This document shows positions 8,002-18,578 of a DNA stretch of 47,204 bases, piece by piece. The notes under the pieces are model-generated. The model was not told the DNA's origin, searched no databases, and was given only the letters and a program-made list of their open reading frames with translations. Both the position numbers and the translations under genes were made by a program. The first letter of the stretch is position 1. The number at the start of each line of letters is the position of its first letter. The stretch is from Flavisolibacter sp. (GTDB taxonomy: Bacteria; Bacteroidota; Bacteroidia; Chitinophagales; Chitinophagaceae), in the NCBI GenBank assembly GCA_017745135.1, contig JAGIAB010000001.1, forward strand, positions 1 through 47,204, read 5' to 3'.

Positions 8002-8080
8002 ACAGGGTTTACCTGGTTTTTGCCTTGGAGTAAACCTTGTTTTTACTTAATTCTTCCAGGTAAAAAGGGAAAACATGGTT
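8002..8080. promoter_or_regulatory. Operator array (CAGG-N5-CCTG-like) between divergent genes
   Basis: acagggtttacctgg (8002), ggagtaaaccttgt (~8027), aagggaaaacatgg (8065). Confidence 0.55.
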
Positions 8081-8127
8081 GTTTTCAGCAGTTCTATTTC
8101 AAAACTTGATACGATAAATCTGTAGCT

Positions 8128-8328
8128 ATGAACCTGCCTAACCGAATGGTCATTTATCCAAAAGATATTATGCTCATCACCGGTATTCAGGATGCCCGCA
8201 CCGCCAGGAAGTTTCTGGATAAAATCAGGAAGAAATTCAAAAAATCAAAAGGCTCCTGGGTTTCCCTCGACGAATTTTGCGAATTCACCGGCTTTAAAGA
8301 AGAACGCGTCAGCCGGTATCTTTTATGA
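8128..8328 (+). CDS. Small basic putative DNA-binding (HTH/excisionase-like) protein
   Basis: IYPKDIMLITG…ARKFLDKIRKK…VSLDEFCEFTG; very Lys/Arg-rich; 66 aa. Confidence 0.7.
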   Translation: MNLPNRMVIYPKDIMLITGIQDARTARKFLDKIRKKFKKSKGSWVSLDEFCEFTGFKEERVSRYLL

Positions 8329-8382
8329 GGCGCATGAAAAATCAAATGATAAAAAGAAAGAGGCCCGAAGGCCCCTTTCCGC

Positions 8383-8571
8383 TTACACTCTTCCTTTTAT
8401 TCGCTTGCCGATCCATTTAATCAGTACGGTAACTCCGTAACTCACGCTGGCTCCTATGGCAGCCAGCAACGCAGTCTTCACAACTTCTCCCATACTCAAA
8501 CCAACAAATACAAACAAAAGGCCTCCGATCATTCCTGCTTTGGTGCTGTGATTGGGCTGAAAGGAATCCAT
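8383..8571 (-). CDS. Small 2-TM membrane protein (holin-like)
   Basis: Two hydrophobic segments and a basic C-terminus; starts 2 bp after the previous stop. Confidence 0.7.
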   Translation of the reverse strand: MDSFQPNHSTKAGMIGGLLFVFVGLSMGEVVKTALLAAIGASVSYGVTVLIKWIGKRIKGRV

Positions 8572-8573
8572 AA

Positions 8574-8798
8574 TCAATCAGTTTCAGGATTACTTTCTGC
8601 CTCCGTCGCCGTCTGGCTCACCGCCGAAGCCACGCTTCCGGCAACAGCCAGGTAACCGGCAATTTTTACAACCACCAGCGGTAACGCCACCGGCGTGGTC
8701 AGCAGGGTGGCACTTATGGCAGCCAATACCAACCCGATGTTTCTTACCTTCCTGAAGAACTTCGGCGTTGGTGCATCAATTCTTTCTTTCAGCTTCAT
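8574..8798 (-). CDS. Small membrane protein (holin-like)
   Basis: MKLKERIDAPTPKFFRKV then two hydrophobic segments; overlaps the DUF5675 stop. Confidence 0.75.
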   Translation of the reverse strand: MKLKERIDAPTPKFFRKVRNIGLVLAAISATLLTTPVALPLVVVKIAGYLAVAGSVASAVSQTATEAESNPETD

Positions 8799-9195
8799 AT
8801 TTATTTGATTGAATGGTGATGAAAACAGTTTCTGACTCAAGGGCCTTGTAAACGATTCCGACTATCTTTCGAAAAGCATTTCTCGAAAGCAGTCCCTTTC
8901 CCGGCCCTGTTAAAATGGATACTGGCGCAATACAGCCCCTCAGTTCCTTAAGGGCATCGTTGGCGGGATGTATCAGGATGAGCTCCCGTCCCGGTACACG
9001 GTCCACCAGTAAATGCTGGCCAAACCGGGTGCTGTATCGCTTTTTCAGTTCGTACCGGCCCTCAGGTATGCACGAGTGTTGCGGCAGGTTATCCTCCCAG
9101 GGCAGTTCAATGGTATAGCATTGAAAACTGTTATTCGCATAAATTTTACCGTTAGTACCATCAGCATGGTACGTTCTGACAAGAACCAGTTCCAT
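8776..9195 (-). CDS. DUF5675-family protein (putative L,D-peptidase-type endolysin)
   Basis: T.G…CYTIELPW…SCIPEGRY…VPGRELILIHPAN…LRGCI (His/Cys pair). Confidence 0.88.
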   Translation of the reverse strand: MELVLVRTYHADGTNGKIYANNSFQCYTIELPWEDNLPQHSCIPEGRYELKKRYSTRFGQHLLVDRVPGRELILIHPANDALKELRGCIAPVSILTGPGKGLLSRNAFRKIVGIVYKALESETVFITIQSNKYEAERKN

Positions 9196-9220
9196 TTTTT
9201 AGTTTTTAAAGGGTTACGAA

Positions 9221-9255
9221 TTCCTACTTCTAACTTCGTACTTCGTACTTCCAAC
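9221..9255. repeat. Degenerate heptamer tandem repeat (TTCnnAC x5)
   Basis: ttcctac ttctaac ttcgtac ttcgtac ttccaac. Confidence 0.8.
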
Positions 9256-10011
9256 TTACTCTCCGCTTACCTTCACAATCGTCAGCGCATTAAAAGCACC
9301 GTTCTTCAGCGGATAATGCTCACCGTTCACTTCCTGGAAAAACTGGATACCCAGTACCAGGAACAGGGGATGTGTGCTGTTGGCGGTAACGGTATGGGCC
9401 ACATTCATCACCGCGGTGGCGCTGCCGTCCCAGGGTAAAATCGCCGACTCACGAACATCGGTCACGTTTTCTCCCTTTTCAAAATCGATCTCGCTTCCCG
9501 CCGATACAATTTTAAAATGCGTAGCTCCTGCCGGCGCAGCAATCATATCCGCAGGTTTAAACGAGGGAAAATTTAGGGTGATCGTTCCCGTAACCCTGTC
9601 CATAACCACCGAGTAAGGAGCATAAAGCGTGGTCCCCAGTTTCGCATTGATGTTGAAATCGAAGCCTTCCAGCAGCTCGGTTTCTCCGTCAATAACATTG
9701 CGCAAACCGCGGGTGTTGGTTGTGTCGGCCTTCACCACCTTCATCATCTCCTTCGTCAGCCGGCTTACCGCCTTGCTGTCGGCTGCATTCTGTATCAGTG
9801 AGCGAACGGCATTTCGCAAAACCTTGCCGGCCTTGCCCGCTCTTCCAAACTCCTTCCCGTTTTCTCTCGTTCTCTGGAAAGCAGGATCGGTGGCAATTTG
9901 TTCGGCAGTAGGCCCGCTTTTTTCTTTCGCCACATAGCCGTCCTTCGATTTAAAGAAGGTAATATCTCCGATAGTACCTTCCAGTTTAATGATCCCTTTT
10001 TGTTTTGCCAT
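9256..10011 (-). CDS. Conserved Bacteroidota hypothetical protein (basic N-half, beta-rich C-half)
   Basis: MAKQKGIIKLEGTIGDITFFK…FQRTRENGKEFGRA…PAGATHF…LGIQFFQEVNG. Confidence 0.85.
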   Translation of the reverse strand: MAKQKGIIKLEGTIGDITFFKSKDGYVAKEKSGPTAEQIATDPAFQRTRENGKEFGRAGKAGKVLRNAVRSLIQNAADSKAVSRLTKEMMKVVKADTTNTRGLRNVIDGETELLEGFDFNINAKLGTTLYAPYSVVMDRVTGTITLNFPSFKPADMIAAPAGATHFKIVSAGSEIDFEKGENVTDVRESAILPWDGSATAVMNVAHTVTANSTHPLFLVLGIQFFQEVNGEHYPLKNGAFNALTIVKVSGE

Positions 10012-10370
10012 GATGTGTAATTTTTAGGGTTAAAAAATCACGGTTCAAAAAACACCTGGTCATGACCGTTACTGCGCTGGCGCTTTCGCCGTGTGGGTAC
10101 AAGATTAACAGCATACGGTTACGCATCATAGCCTTTGGGCCGCTATTGCCTCCCTTTGCATGATATTGTATGTATTTGCAAATGGTAAATGCTGCCCTGG
10201 CAAATGACAGCGGTTCGTCTACATCCTGCAATGAAATACCTGTCCTATAGCTGAAGCCCGGTTGAAGCATAGTTGAGGTATGAGAATAGTATGAAAACTG
10301 CCGGGAGGAATTGCAGTTTTGAATGCCCCGATGTGATTAATAATGATGCCTTCCTGGTAAAAGCTAACTC

Positions 10371-11066
10371 CTACAGGTTCGTCATACTATCCCTGTATCC
10401 TCTTCCAATGGGAAGAAAGACGCCGTTTACCTCCACTTCTTCGGCAGTGTAGGAATCGATTTTGTGAATGGAAACAATGAAAGAACGATGAATGCGTTTG
10501 AAAAGATGGGAAGGCAGCACGTCTTCAATTTCATGCGTACTCATTTTAGAGACATATTCCTTTTTGGTAGTTACAATTTTGATATACTCACGCTGGCTTT
10601 CGATATAAACAATCTCGGAAAATAAAACTTTGACCTTCTTCTTCTGCACACTCAAAAACAGGTAGTCTTTTTTGTCTTCGCTTGTGTGCGATGGCGGCGG
10701 ACCTTCTTTTTGTGCCGGTTTTACTTTATTTACGGCAACCAAAAACCGCTCAAATTCAAAAGGCTTTAGTAAATAATCAGTAACGTTCAAATCAAAACCC
10801 TCTACGGCATACTGGTGGTAGGCAGTGGTAATGATCACAGCCGGGGGATGGGTCAGTGTCTTCAAAAAAGCCATGCCTTTTAGCCGGGGAAGGTGGATGT
10901 CAAGGAAAATGAGGTCAACATCGTGATGATGCAAATAGTCAGAGGCAAGAAGGGCGTCCTTGAAACTGCCCTGTAATTCAAGAAAGGGTACCTGGCCAAT
11001 GTAGTCGGCCAGGATCTTTGCCGCCAGCGGCTCGTCTTCAATAATAATACATCTTAAATTAGACAT
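10371..11066 (-). CDS. LytTR-family response regulator
   Basis: IIEDEPLA, FLDIHLP, DYLLKPF, FKRIHRSFIV. Confidence 0.96.
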   Translation of the reverse strand: MSNLRCIIIEDEPLAAKILADYIGQVPFLELQGSFKDALLASDYLHHHDVDLIFLDIHLPRLKGMAFLKTLTHPPAVIITTAYHQYAVEGFDLNVTDYLLKPFEFERFLVAVNKVKPAQKEGPPPSHTSEDKKDYLFLSVQKKKVKVLFSEIVYIESQREYIKIVTTKKEYVSKMSTHEIEDVLPSHLFKRIHRSFIVSIHKIDSYTAEEVEVNGVFLPIGRGYRDSMTNL

Positions 11067-12114
11067 GGCTTGCCAGGTTTATTTGAAGAATAGCAGTGAA
11101 TGTGAACGGCTCCTGCCGGAGGGATAGATCATATTCTTTGTACAATAATTCCAGTTGCCGCCTTAAGTTCGAAAGCCCAATATGTTCCTTTATTGGCCTT
11201 TGTCCTGAAGCTTCTTCAGTAGAATTTCTTACCACCAGTTTTAATTGCCGGTTGTGCACCGCAAGGTGAATGTGGATGAATGGACGGCTCCTGGTTTCAG
11301 ACACGCCATGCTTAAATGCGTTTTCAACCAGGGGTATCAGTAAAAGCGGCGGCAATGCCTGCTTCATATTTTCGATGTCTTGTGTAAATTGGATCCGCAG
11401 CGATTCATCATAACGCAATTTTTCAAGCTCAATATAATCGGTGATAATCCTCAGCTCCTGTTCAATGGAAATAAAATCGCCGCCGGTTTCATACAGCATG
11501 AAACGCAGGAGCTTCGACAGGCGCAAAATCGATTCCGGCGCTTTATCGTCCTTGTCCCTTGCCAATGCATAAACATTGTTCAGTGTATTGAACAAAAAAT
11601 GAGGGTTGGTTTGAGAACGCAGGTAATTCAATTCTGCCTCCTGTTTTTCAATACGCAGTTGCTGGGCGGTATTCCTTAGTCGTACATGGTTATACACATG
11701 CCGGCTGATGCCAAAGAAAAACACCGATCCCATACTGAATGCCATCTGGGTTTCCAGCAGTTTTCCCGTATCATCAGCCTGGCCCAGTGGGGTATAAATA
11801 TGCAGACCTACGCCGAGAAATCGCCACACATACAACCCAAAAGACCATAAGAGCAGGTAGATCCACAAAAACAGGAGCGCAAGTACAAGATTAAAAACGA
11901 TGTATTTCTTTTTGCGCAGTAAAAAAGGAACGGCGTATTCAAAGAAGCTGAAATTGATACCGATAATGTAAACCACCCTCCAGGTAGCATTGAGCAGGGC
12001 TTGCAAAAAGCTGGCATTAAAACTGGACATATCGTGCCAGGTCCATAAAAGCACATACGCCAGGCTCACCCAGAGATAAAAAGCAAGCATCTTACTGTCA
12101 ATCCAGGCTTTCAT
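11059..12114 (-). CDS. LytS-family sensor histidine kinase
   Basis: N-terminal TMs; LRSQTNPHFLFNTLN; LVENAFKHG; IGLSNLRRQL. An alternative start lies at 12141. Confidence 0.95.
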   Translation of the reverse strand: MKAWIDSKMLAFYLWVSLAYVLLWTWHDMSSFNASFLQALLNATWRVVYIIGINFSFFEYAVPFLLRKKKYIVFNLVLALLFLWIYLLLWSFGLYVWRFLGVGLHIYTPLGQADDTGKLLETQMAFSMGSVFFFGISRHVYNHVRLRNTAQQLRIEKQEAELNYLRSQTNPHFLFNTLNNVYALARDKDDKAPESILRLSKLLRFMLYETGGDFISIEQELRIITDYIELEKLRYDESLRIQFTQDIENMKQALPPLLLIPLVENAFKHGVSETRSRPFIHIHLAVHNRQLKLVVRNSTEEASGQRPIKEHIGLSNLRRQLELLYKEYDLSLRQEPFTFTAILQINLASHV

Positions 12115-12237
12115 GCAAGTAGATGAATTAAATATCGGCAATTCTTTTCTGAATGTTCAACGGGTCAATAGAATCCACCTGGCAGTAAACCAACTGCCTG
12201 TTTAGGCCTATGAAGTTTCAGTTGTTGAATCGGGGTA

Positions 12238-13078
12238 CGGCAGTGTCTCAGTTAATATATTCAACCTCACCCCTACTTATTCTTTGATTTTCGGAGACTC
12301 TGCCGCCCCTCTCCAAACTAATTCGCGAAGCACCGCTTCCCTTCTCCCAAAAATTTGTTTTCCTTTTCTCCTCTTGAGAGGATGCCCAAAGGACAGGTGA
12401 GGTGGAGAGGGCAAGAATGACGCTTGCAACATTAGAGTAATTGGGGGTAGAAAGCTTCAGGCAGGACTATCATAAATAAGAACCAATCTTCTCTAACACT
12501 CTCTCCACTTCCTTCATCACTTCTTCATTCCAAAATCTTAAAACAGTGATTCCATATTCGTTCAATAAAATAGTTCTGGCCTGATCATACTCTTTGGTTT
12601 CTTCACTATTGTGATAATTCCCATCCAGTTCAATAGCCAGCTTACACTCATAACAATAAAAGTCAACCACATAATCAGCAATTGCATGCTGCCTTCTAAA
12701 TTTCTTTCCTTTTACTTGTTTGTTTCGAAGGAGAGCCCAAAGTTTTTGTTCGGCTTCTGTTTGGGCACCACGGAGCTGCTTTGCATTTTTTTGTGTAGAA
12801 GCTCTTGTTCCAAGATGTAACTTATTTAGGTATGTATCTTTTTTAGACAACACAACGGGTTTGATTATGAATTTACACCTTATACTTTTTTCAACCTCAC
12901 CCCAACAACATTTCTTTCGGTTCGAAGATTGTTCATTCCCCTCTCCACCTCATCCGGCACTGCGTGTCATCTTCTTGAGGAAAAGGAAAAAGGAAATGGA
13001 ATTTCTTTGGAGAGGGATTGAACGACTCTCATAACATTAGAGTTTTATTGGGGTGAGGTGGAAGGAAAGTGAGACACT
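12238..13078. mobile_element. Repeat-bounded element carrying a DUF559 nuclease gene
   Basis: Terminal IR agtgtctca/tgagacact; two REP units (12262-12450, 12891-13062) flank the gene. Confidence 0.65.
12470..12853 (-). CDS. DUF559 / Vsr-like endonuclease-domain protein
   Basis: LR…TEAEQKLW..LR…KFRRQH…DFYC…IELDG..H…YDQART..L…G..VLRFWNEEV. Confidence 0.93.
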   Translation of the reverse strand: MLSKKDTYLNKLHLGTRASTQKNAKQLRGAQTEAEQKLWALLRNKQVKGKKFRRQHAIADYVVDFYCYECKLAIELDGNYHNSEETKEYDQARTILLNEYGITVLRFWNEEVMKEVERVLEKIGSYL

Positions 13079-13180
13079 AATGGGACTACCGGTTAGCAGT
13101 ATTAAAAAGAAATCTTTCATTATAAAATCATATCCCGTCATCAAAACCAATAAACGAACGGCCTGCTTCCCTCAACCAAT

Positions 13181-13214
13181 GCCGTTTGTTTACGATTCCC
13201 TGCTGTCTGTTGAC
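13181..13214 (+). promoter_or_regulatory. Putative LytTR direct-repeat binding site
   Basis: gccgtttgtttac / gctgtctgttgac at 21-bp period; inverted copy at 13151-13162. Confidence 0.5.
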
Positions 13215-13559
13215 AGGCACTGTAAAATGTTTGTGAACTGGCCTATTCTTACATCAGAATTCTGATTTGGTAAAGGATCTCAATTAAAAATTGCCTGGAA
13301 ATACGATGAGAGATTGAAGTTTTTTGAAATACCGTCACGGTTGAAAAATAACCGGCCGGCCGCAGATGAGGAATGAAAAAGTTGAGCAAAGCAGTGGTAA
13401 CAAAAAATAGATCCCAATAACATTCCATCACCAAAATTTCATTTATGAATCCCATGTTTGTATCTATGGCAATCGCTTTGGTAGCGCTGGTTTTTTGCAG
13501 TTGCTGAAACGCATTCACTACAAGGGATGGTACACATCCCTTGTTTTAAAATACGAGTG

Positions 13560-14216
13560 ATGAACCATCCAAATAAAATAATAAGCTTCGGCGAAGAGGT
13601 GAAAGGATACAACCTTCCTGTTTTGAACGAACGGGAAATCAGGGCAGCAGCAGGAATTCTTTTCCTGTTCATGTTCATCTCCCTGATGTTGATCCTTTTT
13701 GAAGGAAACTTTTTAATGATCAAATATGTCATCATTGTTTTTCTCGGCGATCTGCTCACACGGGTTTTTGTGAATCCAAAGTTTTCTCCAACACTGATCA
13801 TAGGTCGTTTGATCGTTAGAAGACAAATGCCTGAATACGTCGGCGCCGCTCAAAAAAAATTTGCCTGGAAAATAGGCATCGCCATTGCAGGCATCATGTT
13901 TTTTCTATTGGTGGTGGTGAATTCATACAGCATCATCACAGGACTGGGTTGCTTGATTTGCCTGTCCTTTCTGTTCTTTGAATCGGCTTTTGGTATTTGT
14001 TTAGGATGCATCGTTTACAACCTGGTGTACAAACAAAAAGCACGGTATTGTGCCGGTGAAATTTGCCAGCCGCATTCGAAACAGGAAATCCAAAAAATAT
14101 CTGGGGTACAAATTCTGGTTCTTGTTGGTTTGGTGGCGTTCATTATTGTACTCCTTCTTCTGTTTAATGATGCCTTCATAGTAAGGCCAAGAAACTTATG
14201 GAGCATTATACAATGA
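13560..14216 (+). CDS. DUF4395-domain membrane protein
   Basis: LNEREIRAAAG…QKKFAW…ESAFGICLGC. Confidence 0.88.
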   Translation: MNHPNKIISFGEEVKGYNLPVLNEREIRAAAGILFLFMFISLMLILFEGNFLMIKYVIIVFLGDLLTRVFVNPKFSPTLIIGRLIVRRQMPEYVGAAQKKFAWKIGIAIAGIMFFLLVVVNSYSIITGLGCLICLSFLFFESAFGICLGCIVYNLVYKQKARYCAGEICQPHSKQEIQKISGVQILVLVGLVAFIIVLLLLFNDAFIVRPRNLWSIIQ

Positions 14217-14307
14217 AACAAAGAATGAATCATCGACACCAGGTTCGTTCTTTTACGCCTTTCAACAAGCGGAATCGTTGATACTCCTCATTATAAATTC
14301 ACTACTT

Positions 14308-14460
14308 CGGCAGTGTCTCAATTCCTTTCAACCTCACCCCAATAAGCCTCTAATGATATAGGAGTTGTCCAACCCCTCTCCACATGGAGAGGGGCGGCGG
14401 TATCTCCGAAAATCGGAGAATAAGTTGGGGGTGAGGTTGAAATATATAAACTTAGATACA
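14308..14460. mobile_element. Non-autonomous (empty) derivative of the DUF559 element, inverted
   Basis: Left arm matches the reverse complement of 13008-13078 and right arm the reverse complement of 12243-12314; joined at cccctctcca-ca-tggagagggg. Confidence 0.8.
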
Positions 14461-14692
14461 ATTCACCACTTCTTTCACTCCATTCAATGAAGATTGATTC
14501 CTCTTACCAATACCAACCCACTTCATTCACTCAACTCCAACAATGCCTTTGAGTAAGGCTTTTGCCGGGAAGACGGTAAGGCGGGAAGACCCTATTCATC
14601 TCTTGCCGTCTCCCCTCCTTACCGGCAAACCAATACGGCCCTTTATCCAGGATGTGAAAAGAAGCTGCAGCCGCCCGGCTCATCAGTTTTAT

Positions 14693-14728
14693 TGATACGA
14701 TGATAAAGTATATCGATAGTTTCTATCA
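14693..14728. promoter_or_regulatory. Possible OxyR/LysR-type site upstream of katG
   Basis: tgatacgatgataaagtatatcgatagtttctatca contains ATAA-N7-CGAT; imperfect match, supported mostly by context. Confidence 0.4.
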
Positions 14729-14803
14729 GCCCCCTGTCATAGCTTTGCGCCTGAATGCGCCGGCCTTTATAAACCGGTGATAATAACTACTCATAACCTT
14801 TAG

Positions 14804-17077
<2,274 letters not shown>

Positions 17078-17108
17078 AATTTAATGCGGGTAAACTGCAA
17101 CAACCTTG

Positions 17109-17141
17109 AAAAAAGCCTCAGAATAATCTGAGGCTTTTTCT
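17109..17141. terminator. Bidirectional intrinsic terminator
   Basis: aaaaagcctcaga-ataa-tctgaggcttttt. Confidence 0.9.
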
Positions 17142-17255
17142 TTTCTATCATTAGTTAACTGACAAGCCACTTATGTTGAAGCCTTGTCAACGAAGTTTTA
17201 TTCCTGCCTTGTATTGTTGACGGGGGCATTGTGGTCTTTAGAATGACCGGCGGAA

Positions 17256-18152
17256 CTATTGGATCCTTTTATAACTACCGCACCTGCTCCTGTAATACTC
17301 TGTGCAGCGATGGGGACTGTTGTTTTCCTTTTTCGTTGTCACGTTAGTTGTCTTGCTTTTTTTAGCGAATGAAATGGGGATACCGATAGCGGCATTCCAC
17401 CCGGAAAGTTTGGAGCGAAGATTGGTACTTACCGGTTTACCGGCAGATTCAGTAAGTAGCACTGTTTCATTAGTTCCCAACCCTTTAAAATAGCTGAGGG
17501 CAAGTGTAATGAATGGATTTTTATTCTTTGCCAGTTCAAAGCCCAGGCCTGTAATGAATTCGGTTGGTGAATTACCGGCGTTGTACTGGTAACTGGCTGA
17601 ATTGGCGGTCTCCAGGTCTCCTTTGCCGGAAGGTATATAACCCAGGCCTGCTGAAGGTTGCAGCCGCAGGGTCCAGCTATTGCCTTGCTGTTTTGATGCC
17701 TGCGCTTCGGCGGTTTTATGACAACCTCCGTAGGAATGACAACAACTGCTTTTGGTTTCCGAAACCTTCTGCGGACTGGTTGTAGCGGCCTTTTTTTTGT
17801 TCAATGCAATGGCTTTAGTGGTGTACTGCAAGCCTGCCTGTAACTGTACTTGCAGGTCGCCGGCAGCAGCACTGTAGGAACTCATACCGGTTTTGGGATC
17901 ATTAAAACTATAGCTTACCAGGGGACGGTGGGTAAAAACGCCTAAATAAGGTGCAAAGCCTTTTTTAAATTGATAATCAGCACGAACACCCGCCTGCGGC
18001 AGCGATTGAGAAACCGCCTTGTAGAAAGAAGAATTGTTGTAGCTGATCTTTGTAAGAGGAGTTTCAAAACCCAGCCTGGGTTGGAGTGTGAATTGGGCTT
18101 TCGCTGCATATACCCATACAGCGATTACAAAAAGTAAAGCTGCTTTTCTCAT
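17256..18152 (-). CDS. Outer-membrane beta-barrel-like protein with two Cys-rich segments
   Basis: Signal peptide (AKA-Q); amphipathic beta-strands; SSCCHSYGGC and HRCTEYYRSRC. Confidence 0.7.
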   Translation of the reverse strand: MRKAALLFVIAVWVYAAKAQFTLQPRLGFETPLTKISYNNSSFYKAVSQSLPQAGVRADYQFKKGFAPYLGVFTHRPLVSYSFNDPKTGMSSYSAAAGDLQVQLQAGLQYTTKAIALNKKKAATTSPQKVSETKSSCCHSYGGCHKTAEAQASKQQGNSWTLRLQPSAGLGYIPSGKGDLETANSASYQYNAGNSPTEFITGLGFELAKNKNPFITLALSYFKGLGTNETVLLTESAGKPVSTNLRSKLSGWNAAIGIPISFAKKSKTTNVTTKKENNSPHRCTEYYRSRCGSYKRIQ

Positions 18153-18353
18153 AACTGCATTTTTTGAGGATTAAAAAGTTAGTTCATTTGGAAGAAGGCA
18201 GCAATTGAGATGTATGAGTGGCAAAGCGAAGGAGAACCCCTGATTGGATTATTGTTGTTGAGGTGTTTGGATGGTGGAAATCATTGGTATGGCTAAGTCT
18301 CTTTCTCACTACGGTTTAACGAAACCATTGTCGGTTCAGGATTTGTTTTGGCG

Positions 18354-18445
18354 GAACACGGATGAGACGGATGCTCACTGATTTTTCCGTGTAAATCCAT
18401 TCAATCAATGTCATCCGTGTTCTTTGGATTGCACCCGGAAGTTTA
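18354..18445. repeat. CACGGAT-type hairpin repeat, copy 1
   Basis: 11-bp IR gaacacggatg/catccgtgttc; related copy at 32557. Confidence 0.8.
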
Positions 18446-18578
18446 GGGTTGAAAGAGAACTGGTAATTACCAATGATGTAGCGAATGAATTGCCTGGATG
18501 GCTTGCAAGTGCTGTACAATATTTTGGAGTAAAGAAATTCGGTGCGAGGCATAAGGGATCTGCAGCTTGCAGTATTAT

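Noticed and set aside
8128-10011. Intact prophage
   Set aside because: No integrase, replication, packaging or tail genes and no att repeats were seen.
9986-10270. 94-aa ORF upstream of the cassette
   Set aside because: It overlaps the promoter/leader and has no recognisable protein features.
12720-13265. Plus-strand ORFs of 104 and 70 aa
   Set aside because: They are antisense to DUF559 or read through repeats and regulatory DNA.
14561-14629. Imperfect hairpin tttgccgg…ccggcaaa upstream of katG as a riboswitch
   Set aside because: Single copy, no recognisable aptamer, and it lies upstream of the likely promoter.
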